64,000 nucleotides of DNA, from assembly GCA_025450075.1 (NCBI GenBank), contig JANWIC010000003.1:32800-96799 (forward strand), read 5' to 3'. Shown here piece by piece: positions 32,211-42,258 of the stretch (position 1 is the stretch's first letter; every line of letters starts with the position of its first letter). The translations under genes were made by a program, and so were the position numbers. This stretch comes from Patescibacteria group bacterium (lineage in GTDB: Bacteria; Patescibacteriota; Dojkabacteria; JAKAPS01). The notes beneath the pieces are model-generated. The model had not been told where the DNA came from. It made no database searches and saw only the letters and a program-made list of their open reading frames with translations.

Positions 32211-33656
32211 TTATAAACCTTGTATGGAAATGGAATATATACCCTTGTCTAATGGAGAGTTATCTTGTGTAAGATTTGCCATTTCAAAGTAGATGTCACT
32301 AGCATTTGGTGATAAAAGGATATTTGGTGAAGTGATAAGAGTACTTAATAATGTATCATTATTACTCCCATCAAAATTTACCGCCTTTATATCGTAATAT
32401 GTTCCACTGGTAACCGACTGGTCTTTTGTGGTGTATAAAATGATTCGGGAAGATTTGTCCCAAATAAAGTAAGTAACATCGCTATATCTTAAATTCAGGT
32501 TAAAAGATTCATTCGTTTCAATCGAGTAAGTATACATGGTTCCATTTACATCCCTGTATAAAATATACTTTCCGTCAGGAGAATAAGAAAGTGGATACAT
32601 GCTGATGTTATTTATTACTTGAAGATGGTTAGGAGAAATCTCTGGGGCATTGATTTCAATATCTTTCCCCTCCAGGCTATAACTATAATCATCCCCTGTA
32701 CTTATAAAATTCTTGATTGGAGTTGTACTCGTAATAATGGTTGTTTCATTTGTTCCATCAAATTGAACTGTACTTACACTGTAGGTTGGATTTTGGTTAT
32801 TGGTTTTTTTAATAACGTAAAAAACATTGTCAGAAACATTGACATCAGTAATCTGTGAAGTTGTTCCTGCATCGGTTAATAAAATCTTTTGTCCGTCAGT
32901 AATATCAATAGATATAAACATTTGTGAATTAAAAAGGACAATATGGCTATCATCTTTTCCCCATTCAACGGTTGAATACATTGTCGGGTCAATAAAGTTT
33001 GATATATCTATTGCTTGTCCAGAACCATCAGTATTGAACACAAAGTATTTTTCAGGAAGGTTTGGAGCAGAAAAGTCAAATAACGCTCGTGTGCTATTTG
33101 GAGCAACTGCTGCTTGCTTTAACATATAAGCGCTATTAATATTCAGTATATTTGTATTAAAGAGGAATTGGGTATTGTCTCCAATATTTAAAAACCCGCT
33201 TCCAAATGAATGGAAATATACATTCATTCCAGCAGTCTTATCTTTTGTTTCATATACATAATTATTTTTCCCAAAGAATGTTGCGCCGACATTTACCAAA
33301 GATTCCTGCCTTGTTGGTTTGATTGATGATGGGAAGAGGATAGGATAAACTAAGTTAATCTTCCCCCCTTGAACAGTAATCTTTGTCGTCCAAGGTACGA
33401 ACCCATCTTTTTTAATTGAAAGAGCATATTCTCCAGGAACAAGATTAAAAACTGATACGGGAGATTTCCCTTCATTTTTATTGTTAATATAGACATCTGT
33501 TCCGCTTGGAGTAGAGGTAATTTTAATTACTCCTGTTTTTTGAATTGTCTTGGAATCAAGATTTAGTGTGTAGCCATTGGCAAAAAAGATTATAATGATT
33601 GTTGTTATTAGGACAAGTACAAATCCTAAAAAGGAAATGAGAATGCTTTTTTTCAT
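32211..33656 (-). CDS. PEGA-domain, beta-propeller-like surface protein
   Basis: N-terminal TM; ITSTPSGTDVYIN...PGEYALSIKKDGF; YSPDGK repeat. Confidence 0.85.
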   Translation of the reverse strand: MKKSILISFLGFVLVLITTIIIIFFANGYTLNLDSKTIQKTGVIKITSTPSGTDVYINNKNEGKSPVSVFNLVPGEYALSIKKDGFVPWTTKITVQGGKINLVYPILFPSSIKPTRQESLVNVGATFFGKNNYVYETKDKTAGMNVYFHSFGSGFLNIGDNTQFLFNTNILNINSAYMLKQAAVAPNSTRALFDFSAPNLPEKYFVFNTDGSGQAIDISNFIDPTMYSTVEWGKDDSHIVLFNSQMFISIDITDGQKILLTDAGTTSQITDVNVSDNVFYVIKKTNNQNPTYSVSTVQFDGTNETTIITSTTPIKNFISTGDDYSYSLEGKDIEINAPEISPNHLQVINNISMYPLSYSPDGKYILYRDVNGTMYTYSIETNESFNLNLRYSDVTYFIWDKSSRIILYTTKDQSVTSGTYYDIKAVNFDGSNNDTLLSTLITSPNILLSPNASDIYFEMANLTQDNSPLDKGIYSISIQGL

Positions 33657-33745
33657 GGTATAATCAGACAAAGGGATACACTAGCTTTAAAAAGTTCCTA
33701 AAAGCTTATATAATTATAGCACACTCAGTATATTATAAAAATATT

Positions 33746-34747
33746 GTGTTAGCAAAAAAAATAGGGATTGATTTCGGTACGGCAAACTCGATTATATACA
33801 TAGAAGACAGGGGTGTAGTATTAAATGAGCCAACTGTTGTAGCCGTTTCATTAAATAACAATAAGATTTTAGCAGTCGGAAAAGAGGCAAAGGAAATGCT
33901 TGGGAAAACCCCAAGCGGTATAATTGCCCGAAGACCATTAAAAAACGGAGTTATCGCTAGCTATAAAGTTACTGAAGTACTACTCAGGTATTTTCTCTCA
34001 AAAACGCTTGGATATTCAAAAATATTTCGTCCCGAAGTAGTTATCAGTATTCCTGCAGGTGCGACATCTGTTGAAAAAAGAGCGGTCTATGAAGCAATCA
34101 TGTCTGCAGGTGCCAAAAAAGCATATCTTGTTCCAGAACCATTTTTAGCAGCTATCGGCGCAGGATTACCCATTAATACATCTGCGGGAAATATGATAGT
34201 TAATATAGGAGGGGGAACAACGGAAATTGCAGTAATTTCTTTAAATGGTATCGTTGCATGGAACAGTGAACGTGTTGCAGGGGATGCGTTTAATGATGGA
34301 ATTATTACATTTCTTCGAAGGAAAAATTCAATTACAATTGGAGAACAAATGGCAGAAGAGGTAAAGATCCAAATTGGATCAGCTATGCCTCTTGATGAAC
34401 CTCTTAGTATGGAAATTAAGGGAAGAGATGCTACTACAGGTATGCCCAAGACAATGCTTGTGACAACTAATGATTTAGTGGATGCATTTAAACCTCCTAT
34501 TACTCTTATCATCCAGGCAATTAAAACAGTACTGGAAAAGACTCCTCCTGAACTTGCATCCGATATCATTGATAGGGGTATTGTTCTCTCGGGGGGAAGT
34601 TCAATGCTTCGTTCATTAGACATCTTACTAACCAAAGCAATTGGTGTGCCGTTTCATTTAGCTGATGAGCCAATATTTTGTGTCGCAAAGGGGACCGGTA
34701 TTGCTTTAAAGCATTTCGATATTTTAGAAAATATTGTCGTTAAATAA
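33746..34747 (+). CDS. mreB: Rod shape-determining protein MreB/Mbl (stand-alone paralog)
   Basis: GIDFGTAN, EPTVVA, NIGGGTT; GTG start. Confidence 0.92.
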   Translation: MLAKKIGIDFGTANSIIYIEDRGVVLNEPTVVAVSLNNNKILAVGKEAKEMLGKTPSGIIARRPLKNGVIASYKVTEVLLRYFLSKTLGYSKIFRPEVVISIPAGATSVEKRAVYEAIMSAGAKKAYLVPEPFLAAIGAGLPINTSAGNMIVNIGGGTTEIAVISLNGIVAWNSERVAGDAFNDGIITFLRRKNSITIGEQMAEEVKIQIGSAMPLDEPLSMEIKGRDATTGMPKTMLVTTNDLVDAFKPPITLIIQAIKTVLEKTPPELASDIIDRGIVLSGGSSMLRSLDILLTKAIGVPFHLADEPIFCVAKGTGIALKHFDILENIVVK

Positions 34748-34748
34748 T

Positions 34749-36056
34749 ATGGAAGGGATTGCTCTTTTATTTTCTGTCGCCTTATCAGGGATTGAACGTC
34801 TTTCAATAAATCTTGGATTTACCCTTACCCCGATTTTCCTGGTTGCTTGTTTCGTACTCATTTTAGCCTTCCTGAAAAGGGGATATGGGGTAAATATCTT
34901 TAAAGATAGAATATTTTTTATAGTGTTAGCAGTATACATAGTCGCCCTGCTATCGTGCGTATCTTCTCCTTTCAGGGCAGCATCGCTTAAGTCTTCCTTA
35001 TATGTTCTGATATATGTGTCGCTAATCTATTGTTTAAGTATTTTACCCTTTACAAAAAATAGCTATTCATTAATGAGGTGGGGAATCTATTCCGGTCTCT
35101 GTCTCTTTAGTCTTTATGGAATATTACAGTACCTTCGTTATCAATCGGGACATTTTCCCGATCTTTTTACTTTTCCCATTCCACATAATAATGCACTCTC
35201 TCCGCTGGATTTTGTCATACACTCAGGAACCTCAACGATACTTAGACCGAATAGCGGATTTAATGACGTCAATGCTGCAGCAGCATTCGCTTTACTCTAT
35301 CTGCCAATCATCCTATATTACACCTATTTAAAAATATTTCAATACATTCGTTTTAGAAAGATAACTGAATTGTACAAGGCAATAGGTTGGGTACTTTTAT
35401 TTTTAATCTCTCTCTATGCGTTTATACTTATGGCTTCTCGTGCCGCTTTGATTGCCATATTTATTCTTATTCCGTTTATTGTGATTCTGTTGGCATTTAG
35501 GTTAATAAAAAATAAAAAGCTTGTCTTTTTCTCATTAGTTGTTTTGGTTGTGGTTATTTTTGGTGCAGCGGTTTATCGCCGCTCTAGCATTTCAACCAAA
35601 CTGAATCAATTATATAATCAAGAGTATTCTGCGAAGGCTCATGTGGCGTATACCGATTCTGCAATCCGTGAATTTAGGCACTACCCTTTAACTGGAGGGG
35701 GAGTAGGGAGCTTTTATCAATACTTCCAATCTGAAGAGATGAAGGGAATCATTGGTGGATATTACCCGTCTGTTGATAATCCCCCCATGTTGATTAAGGT
35801 TTTAGCTGAGGAAGGAATACTGGGATTTATTGCATACCTAATCCTATTTAGTATCCCAGTTATTATATGTATCAAAAAGTTTATTAAAGATTCATCTCTT
35901 AACCATGCGATGTTCTGGCTTTCTTTTGCAATAGGATTTGTAGGGCTATTCCTTTCAAATCTTTTCCATTCAAACATGCAGCTATTCTTTACCGCAGTAT
36001 TTATTGGATTAGTACTTTGGCTTGCAAGAAGAGAGAATAATTTACCCGAAACTTAG
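34749..36056 (+). CDS. O-antigen ligase/Wzy_C family membrane protein
   Basis: Multi-TM; RPNSGFNDVN, SRAA, PLTGGGVGSF, LAEEGILG. Confidence 0.85.
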   Translation: MEGIALLFSVALSGIERLSINLGFTLTPIFLVACFVLILAFLKRGYGVNIFKDRIFFIVLAVYIVALLSCVSSPFRAASLKSSLYVLIYVSLIYCLSILPFTKNSYSLMRWGIYSGLCLFSLYGILQYLRYQSGHFPDLFTFPIPHNNALSPLDFVIHSGTSTILRPNSGFNDVNAAAAFALLYLPIILYYTYLKIFQYIRFRKITELYKAIGWVLLFLISLYAFILMASRAALIAIFILIPFIVILLAFRLIKNKKLVFFSLVVLVVVIFGAAVYRRSSISTKLNQLYNQEYSAKAHVAYTDSAIREFRHYPLTGGGVGSFYQYFQSEEMKGIIGGYYPSVDNPPMLIKVLAEEGILGFIAYLILFSIPVIICIKKFIKDSSLNHAMFWLSFAIGFVGLFLSNLFHSNMQLFFTAVFIGLVLWLARRENNLPET

Positions 36057-36283
36057 TTGACCACTCTTCTTAAGGAAAATGTACGTCATTGGCAGTCGGT
36101 GCTAATATTGTTAACGGGTATGTATTTGCTATCTACAGAAGGCAATCACGCTTTTTACGATCTGGAATGTTTCAAATATATGTATTAGTCCTTCAGACTT
36201 ATATTGCAATAGAACTATTTCTTTGTATTTCCTTGCACTTGATATATAAAGGGGGTATACTTTTCCAGAATTAATCCCGTTCT

Positions 36284-37861
36284 ATGAAGAAATCGAAAAC
36301 TGAGAAAGTCTCCAACACATCACCTAAATACAATATTGTATTTATTTCTCCTGAAGTAGCTCCTTTTTCAAAGTTTGGCGGTTTAGCAGATGTATCTTGG
36401 GCACTCCCTAGAGCATTAAAACGATTAGGCCATAATGTAAAGATTATTATGCCGAAATTCGGAAGTATTGACGATGAAAAATTTGGAATCAAAGCATATA
36501 AACAAAATTTAAAAGTACCAACAGCAGATAAAGATATTGTATGCAATGTAAAAATTGGATATATACCTGATGGCCTTGAGGTGTATCTTATTGAGAACAT
36601 GGAATATTATGAGATGCGTGCCAATGTGTATGGATATAAAGATGATGCACGAAGGTTTGCACTGCTCTCTAAAGGGGCATTGGAGCTTATCAGATCTCAA
36701 AAATGGCAGGTTGATATAATCCATTCTAACGATTGGATGACCGGATATGTTTCCAATTATTTAAAAACTGAATATAAGCTTGATCCAATATTAAATAAGG
36801 CTGCCTCAGTTTTCACAATCCATAATTTGGCTTTGCAAGGGGTAAATAGAAGAACACTTACTCAGACGCAAATCGACCAGGGAACATCACCTCTTCCGGA
36901 TCTTTTAGACGATGATATCTTTTTTGTAAATGGAATGCTGAGAGGTATTGTTTATTCTGATTTTGTAAATACAGTTTCAGAAAGATATGCAAAAGAAATA
37001 TTGACTCCAGAATATGGAGAAGGAATGGATAAAATCCTTCAAGAGATGAGAAATAAACTTGTAGGGATACGTAACGGTGTGGATTACGATGTATTAAACC
37101 CAAGAGTTGATAAAAATATTTATGTTAATTATGATTTAGGTGATATTGAAAAGAAAAAAGAAAATAAAATAGCATTTCAGAAAGAATTTGATTTGGTTAT
37201 TGATCCTGCAATCCCTCTTGTTGGGTTTGTAGGGCGTTTGAGCGAGCAAAAAGGATTGGGATTGCTTCATGATACCATTCGACCTCTTCTTGCTAATTTA
37301 AACTTTCAGTTTGTGATCGTAGGTGGAGGAGATGAGTATTGGGAAAAGTTTTTTGCCAAACTTATTAAAGATTTTCCTGGGAAAGTAAATGGATATCTTA
37401 TGATTAGTACCACGTTTGCTCAAAAACTTTATGCTGCATGCGATATACTTGTTCATCCATCGAAGTTTGAGCCTTGTGGAATAACACATGCTATAGCAAT
37501 GAGATATGGAACAGTCCCTATTGTTCGTGAGACAGGAGGTCTTGCTGATTCTGTAATAGATTATGGAAAAGACAGGAAGAATGGAGATGGATTTATGTTC
37601 AAAGAATTCAATGAAATGGCATTTCTTATTCAACTTGTTTCAGCACTTACTACATTCAAATCAAATAAACGAGAATGGAAAAAAATTCAATCCCGCTCTA
37701 TGAGAAAAGATCTTTCATGGAACGCCTCTGCTGTAAAATATATCGACCTTTATGAAAAGGCGATTGATAGACATGTAAAGTGGTTAAAGAAAGAAGGATT
37801 GGTAATGGCAGACTCTCCAGTAGAAGTGCCAGGTTATTCTTCGATAGATATCCTCAGTTAA
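36284..37861 (+). CDS. glgA: Glycogen/starch synthase (GT5)
   Basis: KFGGLADV, HSNDW, TIHNL, EQKG, PSKFEPCG, TGGLADSV. Confidence 0.93.
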   Translation: MKKSKTEKVSNTSPKYNIVFISPEVAPFSKFGGLADVSWALPRALKRLGHNVKIIMPKFGSIDDEKFGIKAYKQNLKVPTADKDIVCNVKIGYIPDGLEVYLIENMEYYEMRANVYGYKDDARRFALLSKGALELIRSQKWQVDIIHSNDWMTGYVSNYLKTEYKLDPILNKAASVFTIHNLALQGVNRRTLTQTQIDQGTSPLPDLLDDDIFFVNGMLRGIVYSDFVNTVSERYAKEILTPEYGEGMDKILQEMRNKLVGIRNGVDYDVLNPRVDKNIYVNYDLGDIEKKKENKIAFQKEFDLVIDPAIPLVGFVGRLSEQKGLGLLHDTIRPLLANLNFQFVIVGGGDEYWEKFFAKLIKDFPGKVNGYLMISTTFAQKLYAACDILVHPSKFEPCGITHAIAMRYGTVPIVRETGGLADSVIDYGKDRKNGDGFMFKEFNEMAFLIQLVSALTTFKSNKREWKKIQSRSMRKDLSWNASAVKYIDLYEKAIDRHVKWLKKEGLVMADSPVEVPGYSSIDILS

Positions 37862-38397
37862 CAAACCCACAGTTTTCAGCTCAGCATTCAATTCATTTTA
37901 AGTGCCAATAGACGTATTAACCCCTGACCATGGGGGATAAGTATATCGTTGAGCAATTTGTTTCCATTAAAAGCGATTTCAAATATCTTCCCTACGAATT
38001 CTATATTGTGATATTTCATATATTCTCGACAGATTTAAATATAAATAACATCCTATAGAAAGGACGGTGTTAAATTACGTATCAAATATAGTCATTATAA
38101 ACTAAATAGAGAAGTATATCACTTCAATAAGATTGACTGCTTGTCTTAAGTGCTAAATCAATAAGGAGTGGTGTGTTCGAATATTATATTTGAATGGTGA
38201 GTGATAATTGTGTCTTCTAATGCTATAGCAATATGATAATTTGCTATTGTAAAGTTAATTTATATTGCGAGTATGTTATATGTTCTAGTTATTTCGATAC
38301 ACCCCACATATTCTCTTGCTATGCAATACAACGGAATTATTTAATAAATATTGTGGGGGAGGGGTAAGACTGATGGTTTAGCAAACTATGCGGATAA

Positions 38398-38428
38398 GAA
38401 AAATGGGCCGTATTAACTACGGCCCATC
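38398..38428 (-). terminator. Intrinsic terminator after rplL
   Basis: Minus strand ATGGGCCGTA-GTTAA-TACGGCCCAT-TTTT. Confidence 0.85.
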
Positions 38429-38438
38429 AAATTCCTCT

Positions 38439-38834
38439 TTATTTCAATTCGACTTTTGCTCCTGCTTCTTCAAGTACCTTCTTCATCTTTTCTGCTTCAT
38501 CCTTACTTACGCCTTCTTTTACTGCCTTCGGTGATGCATCAGATGCCTCTACAAGATCCTTTGCTTCTTTTAGACCAAGGTCTGTAATGGTTCTAAGGGC
38601 TTTAATAACTGCGAGTTTTTGTGTTCCTGAACCAGCTAATACGACGTCAAAGGAGGTTTTTTCTTCTGCTGCTTCTGTTGAAACTGCAGTTGCTGCTGGT
38701 GCCGCTGCCATTACAGGCATTGCTGCGCTAACACCAAATTTTTCTTCTAAATCCTTTGTCAGTTCTGAAAGTTCAAGTACTGTCATGGATTCAATTGCCT
38801 TAAGAATATCTTCTTTTGTTAATTTTGCTGCCAT
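38439..38834 (-). CDS. rplL: 50S ribosomal protein L7/L12
   Basis: [21 protein letters not shown]; SD AAGGAGGTG. Confidence 0.98.
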   Translation of the reverse strand: MAAKLTKEDILKAIESMTVLELSELTKDLEEKFGVSAAMPVMAAAPAATAVSTEAAEEKTSFDVVLAGSGTQKLAVIKALRTITDLGLKEAKDLVEASDASPKAVKEGVSKDEAEKMKKVLEEAGAKVELK

Positions 38835-38872
38835 ATAATTTCACCTCCTTTAGTGAATATACATAAAATATA

Positions 38873-39388
38873 TTATTTAGTTGCTTCTACTGCTTTAAGA
38901 GTGTATAAAAAGTTTCGTTGTATTCCAGTAAGTGTATTTACAATTGAATATAGTGGATATTTTATTGTTCCCACTGTTTTTGCAATCATTTCAGGCTTTG
39001 CTGGAAGTTTTGAAATCTCCATAACCTTTTCCTTATTATAGAGTATATGTTCTATAACGCCGATTTTAATTGAAGATGTGCTATTGCTACTGATAAATTC
39101 TACAATAGCTTTCAAACTTGGCCCCATTTCTTCAGGTGCAAATACAGCTCCTGTACTGCCTTGAAGAGTTACATCAAGTGTTTCATCATGTTCCTTTAAG
39201 GCCTTTGAAAAGATCGTATTTTTGACCAAAATATATTTTGATCCTTGATCTGCCAGTTTGTTCTTAAATTGCTCTACTGCAGATGTTTTAATAGCGGACA
39301 TATCAAGTAAGACGATGGTCTGATAATTGTCCAGATTATCTTTGTAGGACTTGTAGATATCCTGCTTTTTTTGTTTTGTCTTTGCCAT
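38873..39388 (-). CDS. rplJ: 50S ribosomal protein L10
   Basis: MAKTKQKK start, VKNT, SKLP; synteny. Confidence 0.92.
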   Translation of the reverse strand: MAKTKQKKQDIYKSYKDNLDNYQTIVLLDMSAIKTSAVEQFKNKLADQGSKYILVKNTIFSKALKEHDETLDVTLQGSTGAVFAPEEMGPSLKAIVEFISSNSTSSIKIGVIEHILYNKEKVMEISKLPAKPEMIAKTVGTIKYPLYSIVNTLTGIQRNFLYTLKAVEATK

Positions 39389-39399
39389 ATCAAAAAAAT

Positions 39400-39492
39400 A
39401 AAATAAAAAAGACTTCACATAAATATTTAATGAAGTCTCAGACGTGAATCTCGATAGGATTTTAACCGATTCCGGACCTATTGTCTCCGATT
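39400..39492 (-). promoter_or_regulatory. L10 leader with downstream attenuating terminator
   Basis: Minus strand TCGGAGACAATAGG...TTAAAATCCTATCGAGA, then AGACTTCA...TGAAGTCT-TTTT. Confidence 0.8.
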
Positions 39493-39515
39493 CATTAAAT
39501 AATACTATTTAATTG

Positions 39516-40214
39516 TTATTGTTCTAGTTCTTTAAAAATTGATTCAATATCAATCTTTACTGATGGACCCATGGTTGGAGCCACATACATATTCTTAATA
39601 ATAAGTCGTGGAGTCTTTCCTGAGTTTTGAACTAATGATTTCGCAAATCTAAGAAGATTCTCTTTAAGTTCTTCCGGAGTACTTTCCTGGGTTCCAATAA
39701 TAGAGTGGACTACACCGGTCTCATCAGTTTTATAATCAATTTTACCACCCTTATAGCTCTCTACAGCTGTCTTAACGTCATCAGTTACAGTTCCGGATTT
39801 AGGGTTTGGCATAAGTCCTTTTGTTCCTAAAATTCTTCCAAGCATAGCGATTTTTGGCATAACTGCAGGGACTGCAATTGCAACATCAAAATCAGTCCAT
39901 CCATCTTTTACTTTGTTAATTAAATCATCAAGTCCAAAATAATCAGCGCCAGCTTTTTGTGCTACATCTTGATTCATTGGATCTGCAAAAACCAATACTC
40001 TTTTAATTTTTCCTACTGGTTTTACATAGGTAACATTACCACGAATAGGTTGCTTTCTTTCTTTTTCATTCAAGTTCAAAGCAACATGGATTTCAATTTT
40101 ACCCTTAAATTTACTTGTTGAAAGTGATCCGACGGTTTTTAATGCTTGATCAACATCTAACATATTTGTTTTAAGAGTTTTTTTTGTTGCGTCGTATTTT
40201 TTTCCTCTTTTCAT
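39516..40214 (-). CDS. rplA: 50S ribosomal protein L1
   Basis: LGRILGTKGLMPNPKSGTVT, TMGPS. Confidence 0.97.
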   Translation of the reverse strand: MKRGKKYDATKKTLKTNMLDVDQALKTVGSLSTSKFKGKIEIHVALNLNEKERKQPIRGNVTYVKPVGKIKRVLVFADPMNQDVAQKAGADYFGLDDLINKVKDGWTDFDVAIAVPAVMPKIAMLGRILGTKGLMPNPKSGTVTDDVKTAVESYKGGKIDYKTDETGVVHSIIGTQESTPEELKENLLRFAKSLVQNSGKTPRLIIKNMYVAPTMGPSVKIDIESIFKELEQ

Positions 40215-40237
40215 GGTTTAATTAAAATGATATATGC

Positions 40238-40666
40238 TTATTTTTCGTCATATTCTACACCCATATTTCTTGCAGTCCCTTGAATCATTTTGATTGCTGC
40301 TTCTAAATCTTTTGTATTTAGATCCGGCATTTTTGTTTTCGCAATTTCTTCAAGTTGTGCTCGGGTAAGTTTTCCGACTTTATTTTTATTTGGTACCCCT
40401 GAACCTTTTTGTAATCCAAGAGCTTTTTTAATCAAAGTTGCAGCAGGTGGAGTCTTTGTAATGAAATCAAAACTTCTGTCTTCATATACAGTAATAACTG
40501 CTGGGATGATTAAATCACCCATACCCTTTGTCTTTTCATTGAATTTATTACAAAAATCCATGATATTTATTCCTTGCTGACCAAGAATAGGGCCAACTGG
40601 AGGTGCTGGATTAGCTGCTCCTGCTTTGATCTGAATTTTCAATACTGTCTTAATTTTTTTTGCCAT
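40238..40666 (-). CDS. rplK: 50S ribosomal protein L11
   Basis: [19 protein letters not shown]. Confidence 0.98.
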   Translation of the reverse strand: MAKKIKTVLKIQIKAGAANPAPPVGPILGQQGINIMDFCNKFNEKTKGMGDLIIPAVITVYEDRSFDFITKTPPAATLIKKALGLQKGSGVPNKNKVGKLTRAQLEEIAKTKMPDLNTKDLEAAIKMIQGTARNMGVEYDEK

Positions 40667-40681
40667 AGGAATATTCTAGAA

Positions 40682-41287
40682 TTAAAATCGTTTCACTTGA
40701 GTAAAGTCCAATTCTACAGGAGTTTCCCGTCCGAATATGGAAATGAGCACTTTAACTTTTCCTTTACTATCATTGATTTCAATGATTTTTCCAGGGAAAT
40801 CCTTGAAAGGACCTTCAAGAATGTTAACTGCATCATTAATTGCGAATGAGGATTGATATGCAGGTTGTTCAACCTCCATAAATCTCATAATTGCCTTTAC
40901 TTCTTTTGGATTAAGTGGAGTAGGCTTCTTATCCATACCGGCAAAGCCGATTACTCCTTGCGTATCACGAACCAATGGCCAGGTTTGGTCATTCAAGTTC
41001 ATTTTAATAAGTATATATCCTGGTAAAATTTTATCTTCTACTGATTTCTTCTTTCCTTCTGAAACTACAATTTTGTTTTGAGTTGGAACAAGAATTTTTG
41101 ATACTTCGCTGTTTAATTGTGCAATATCAATACGTTGTTGGATTAGTTCAGCAACACGCTTTTCGTGTCCTGAGTAGGCGTTAATGACATACCATTTCTG
41201 GTTCTTATTTTCATCGTTATCAATCTCTTCGGGTGTAATAACCTGTTCTTGAGCTTCTGTTGTCTCTTTTTTATCGTCTTTTTTCAT
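40682..41287 (-). CDS. nusG: Transcription factor NusG
   Basis: WYVINAYSGHE, PGYI, KOW domain IFGRETPVELDF. Confidence 0.97.
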   Translation of the reverse strand: MKKDDKKETTEAQEQVITPEEIDNDENKNQKWYVINAYSGHEKRVAELIQQRIDIAQLNSEVSKILVPTQNKIVVSEGKKKSVEDKILPGYILIKMNLNDQTWPLVRDTQGVIGFAGMDKKPTPLNPKEVKAIMRFMEVEQPAYQSSFAINDAVNILEGPFKDFPGKIIEINDSKGKVKVLISIFGRETPVELDFTQVKRF

Positions 41288-41291
41288 AAAA

Positions 41292-41468
41292 CTATTTATT
41301 CAAAATTGTAAAGATTAATTTGCTAAATATAAGGTCATTGGCAAATAAAAACAAGCTGATAGTTATAGAGGCTATAATAACGATCAAAGTAGATCGAAAC
41401 AACTGCTCTCTAGACAGCCAAGTTACGTTTCTTAATTCTACCAAAATCTGCCTAAAGAAATCAATCAT
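41292..41468 (-). CDS. secE: Preprotein translocase subunit SecE (58 aa; not in ORF track)
   Basis: MIDFFRQILVELRNVTWLSREQLFRSTLIVII..., single TM, directly upstream of nusG. Confidence 0.92.
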   Translation of the reverse strand: MIDFFRQILVELRNVTWLSREQLFRSTLIVIIASITISLFLFANDLIFSKLIFTILNK

Positions 41469-41580
41469 AACAGTTAATAACTACATTGTGCACTTGCGGG
41501 CGACCAGTCCGAATAATAACAAAAAAGCGAACAAATAGCAAGCTTTTAGTATTACGCCAGTACAATATTGGTTTTTTATA

Positions 41581-41652
41581 CAGGCTCAGTAGGATTCGAA
41601 CCTACACTGGTGGTTTTGGAGACCACTGTTCTACCATTGAAACTATGAGCCT
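41581..41652 (-). tRNA. tRNA-Trp(CCA)
   Basis: CT-CCA-AA loop, discriminator G73, located between rpmG and secE. Confidence 0.96.
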
Positions 41653-41820
41653 TTATTTCTTTACTTCCTTATGCGCAGTATGCATTTTGCATTTTGCACA
41701 AAACTTGTTAAGCTCTAGTTTGTCTTTTGTGTTATTGACATTCTTAGAAGATGCATAGTTTTTGCTTTTACAAACAGTACATTCAAACACAATAACTTGT
41801 CTTGCTAGTTTCTTTGCCAT
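41653..41820 (-). CDS. rpmG: 50S ribosomal protein L33 (zinc-binding form)
   Basis: MAKKLAR...CTVC...KFCAKC...HKEVK. Confidence 0.95.
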   Translation of the reverse strand: MAKKLARQVIVFECTVCKSKNYASSKNVNNTKDKLELNKFCAKCKMHTAHKEVKK

Positions 41821-41856
41821 AATAAAAACAATTAAATATAAAATATGCAATAAGTA

Positions 41857-41929
41857 AGCTGAAGATGAGAATTGAACTCATGACCTTTCCCTTACCATGG
41901 GAATGCTCTACCAACTGAGCTACTTCAGC
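41857..41929 (-). tRNA. tRNA-Thr(GGT)
   Basis: Cloverleaf, AT-GGT-AA loop. Confidence 0.95.
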
Positions 41930-41933
41930 AAAA

Positions 41934-42007
41934 AGCCTTCTGTCAGATTCGGACTGACGACCTACTGTTTACAAAACAGTTGCTCTGACCAGCTGAGCTA
42001 AGAAGGC
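41934..42007 (-). tRNA. tRNA-Thr(TGT)
   Basis: Cloverleaf, TT-TGT-AA loop; T-loop reads TCCGAAT. Confidence 0.93.
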
Positions 42008-42035
42008 GTTTGTTAGAGCACTCAAATGCTAGATG

Positions 42036-42064
42036 ATTATAGTAATAATGGGAAATTAAGTCAA
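42036..42064 (-). promoter_or_regulatory. Promoter of the tRNA-Thr/rpmG/secE/nusG cluster
   Basis: Minus strand TTGACT-17bp-TATAAT. Confidence 0.75.
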
Positions 42065-42067
42065 TGA

Positions 42068-42215
42068 ATTGCCGGATTCTACTCGTATTTAAGCGAATCC
42101 TGCTGAAAACAACAGGTGGAATTGCTCATAATATACCCCTCAGGATAATTAGATCTTGCATTTCCGAAAATTTGAATGTTCAGAATATTTTTAAATACTT
42201 TGTTCATCCGGCACC
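42068..42215 (-). ncRNA. 6S RNA-like structured RNA
   Basis: Rod fold: TGCCGGAT/ATCCGGCA, GTATTTAA/TTAAATAC, central bubble with 3' hairpin, apical GGAAATGC/GCAATTCC; TATTAT -10 just upstream. Confidence 0.65.
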
Positions 42216-42258
42216 TACATAATACACTATTTCGTCATGTTTTAAAAGTACTTTTCTG

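Noticed and set aside
36089-36274. 61-aa ORF between the ligase and glgA
   Set aside because: TTG start, no recognisable features, and it covers the likely glgA promoter
38168-38290. dif site or second CIRCE in the glgA-rplL gap
   Set aside because: No convincing XerD arm (TTATGTTAAAT), and only a half CIRCE-like site (AAGTGCTAA at 38148)
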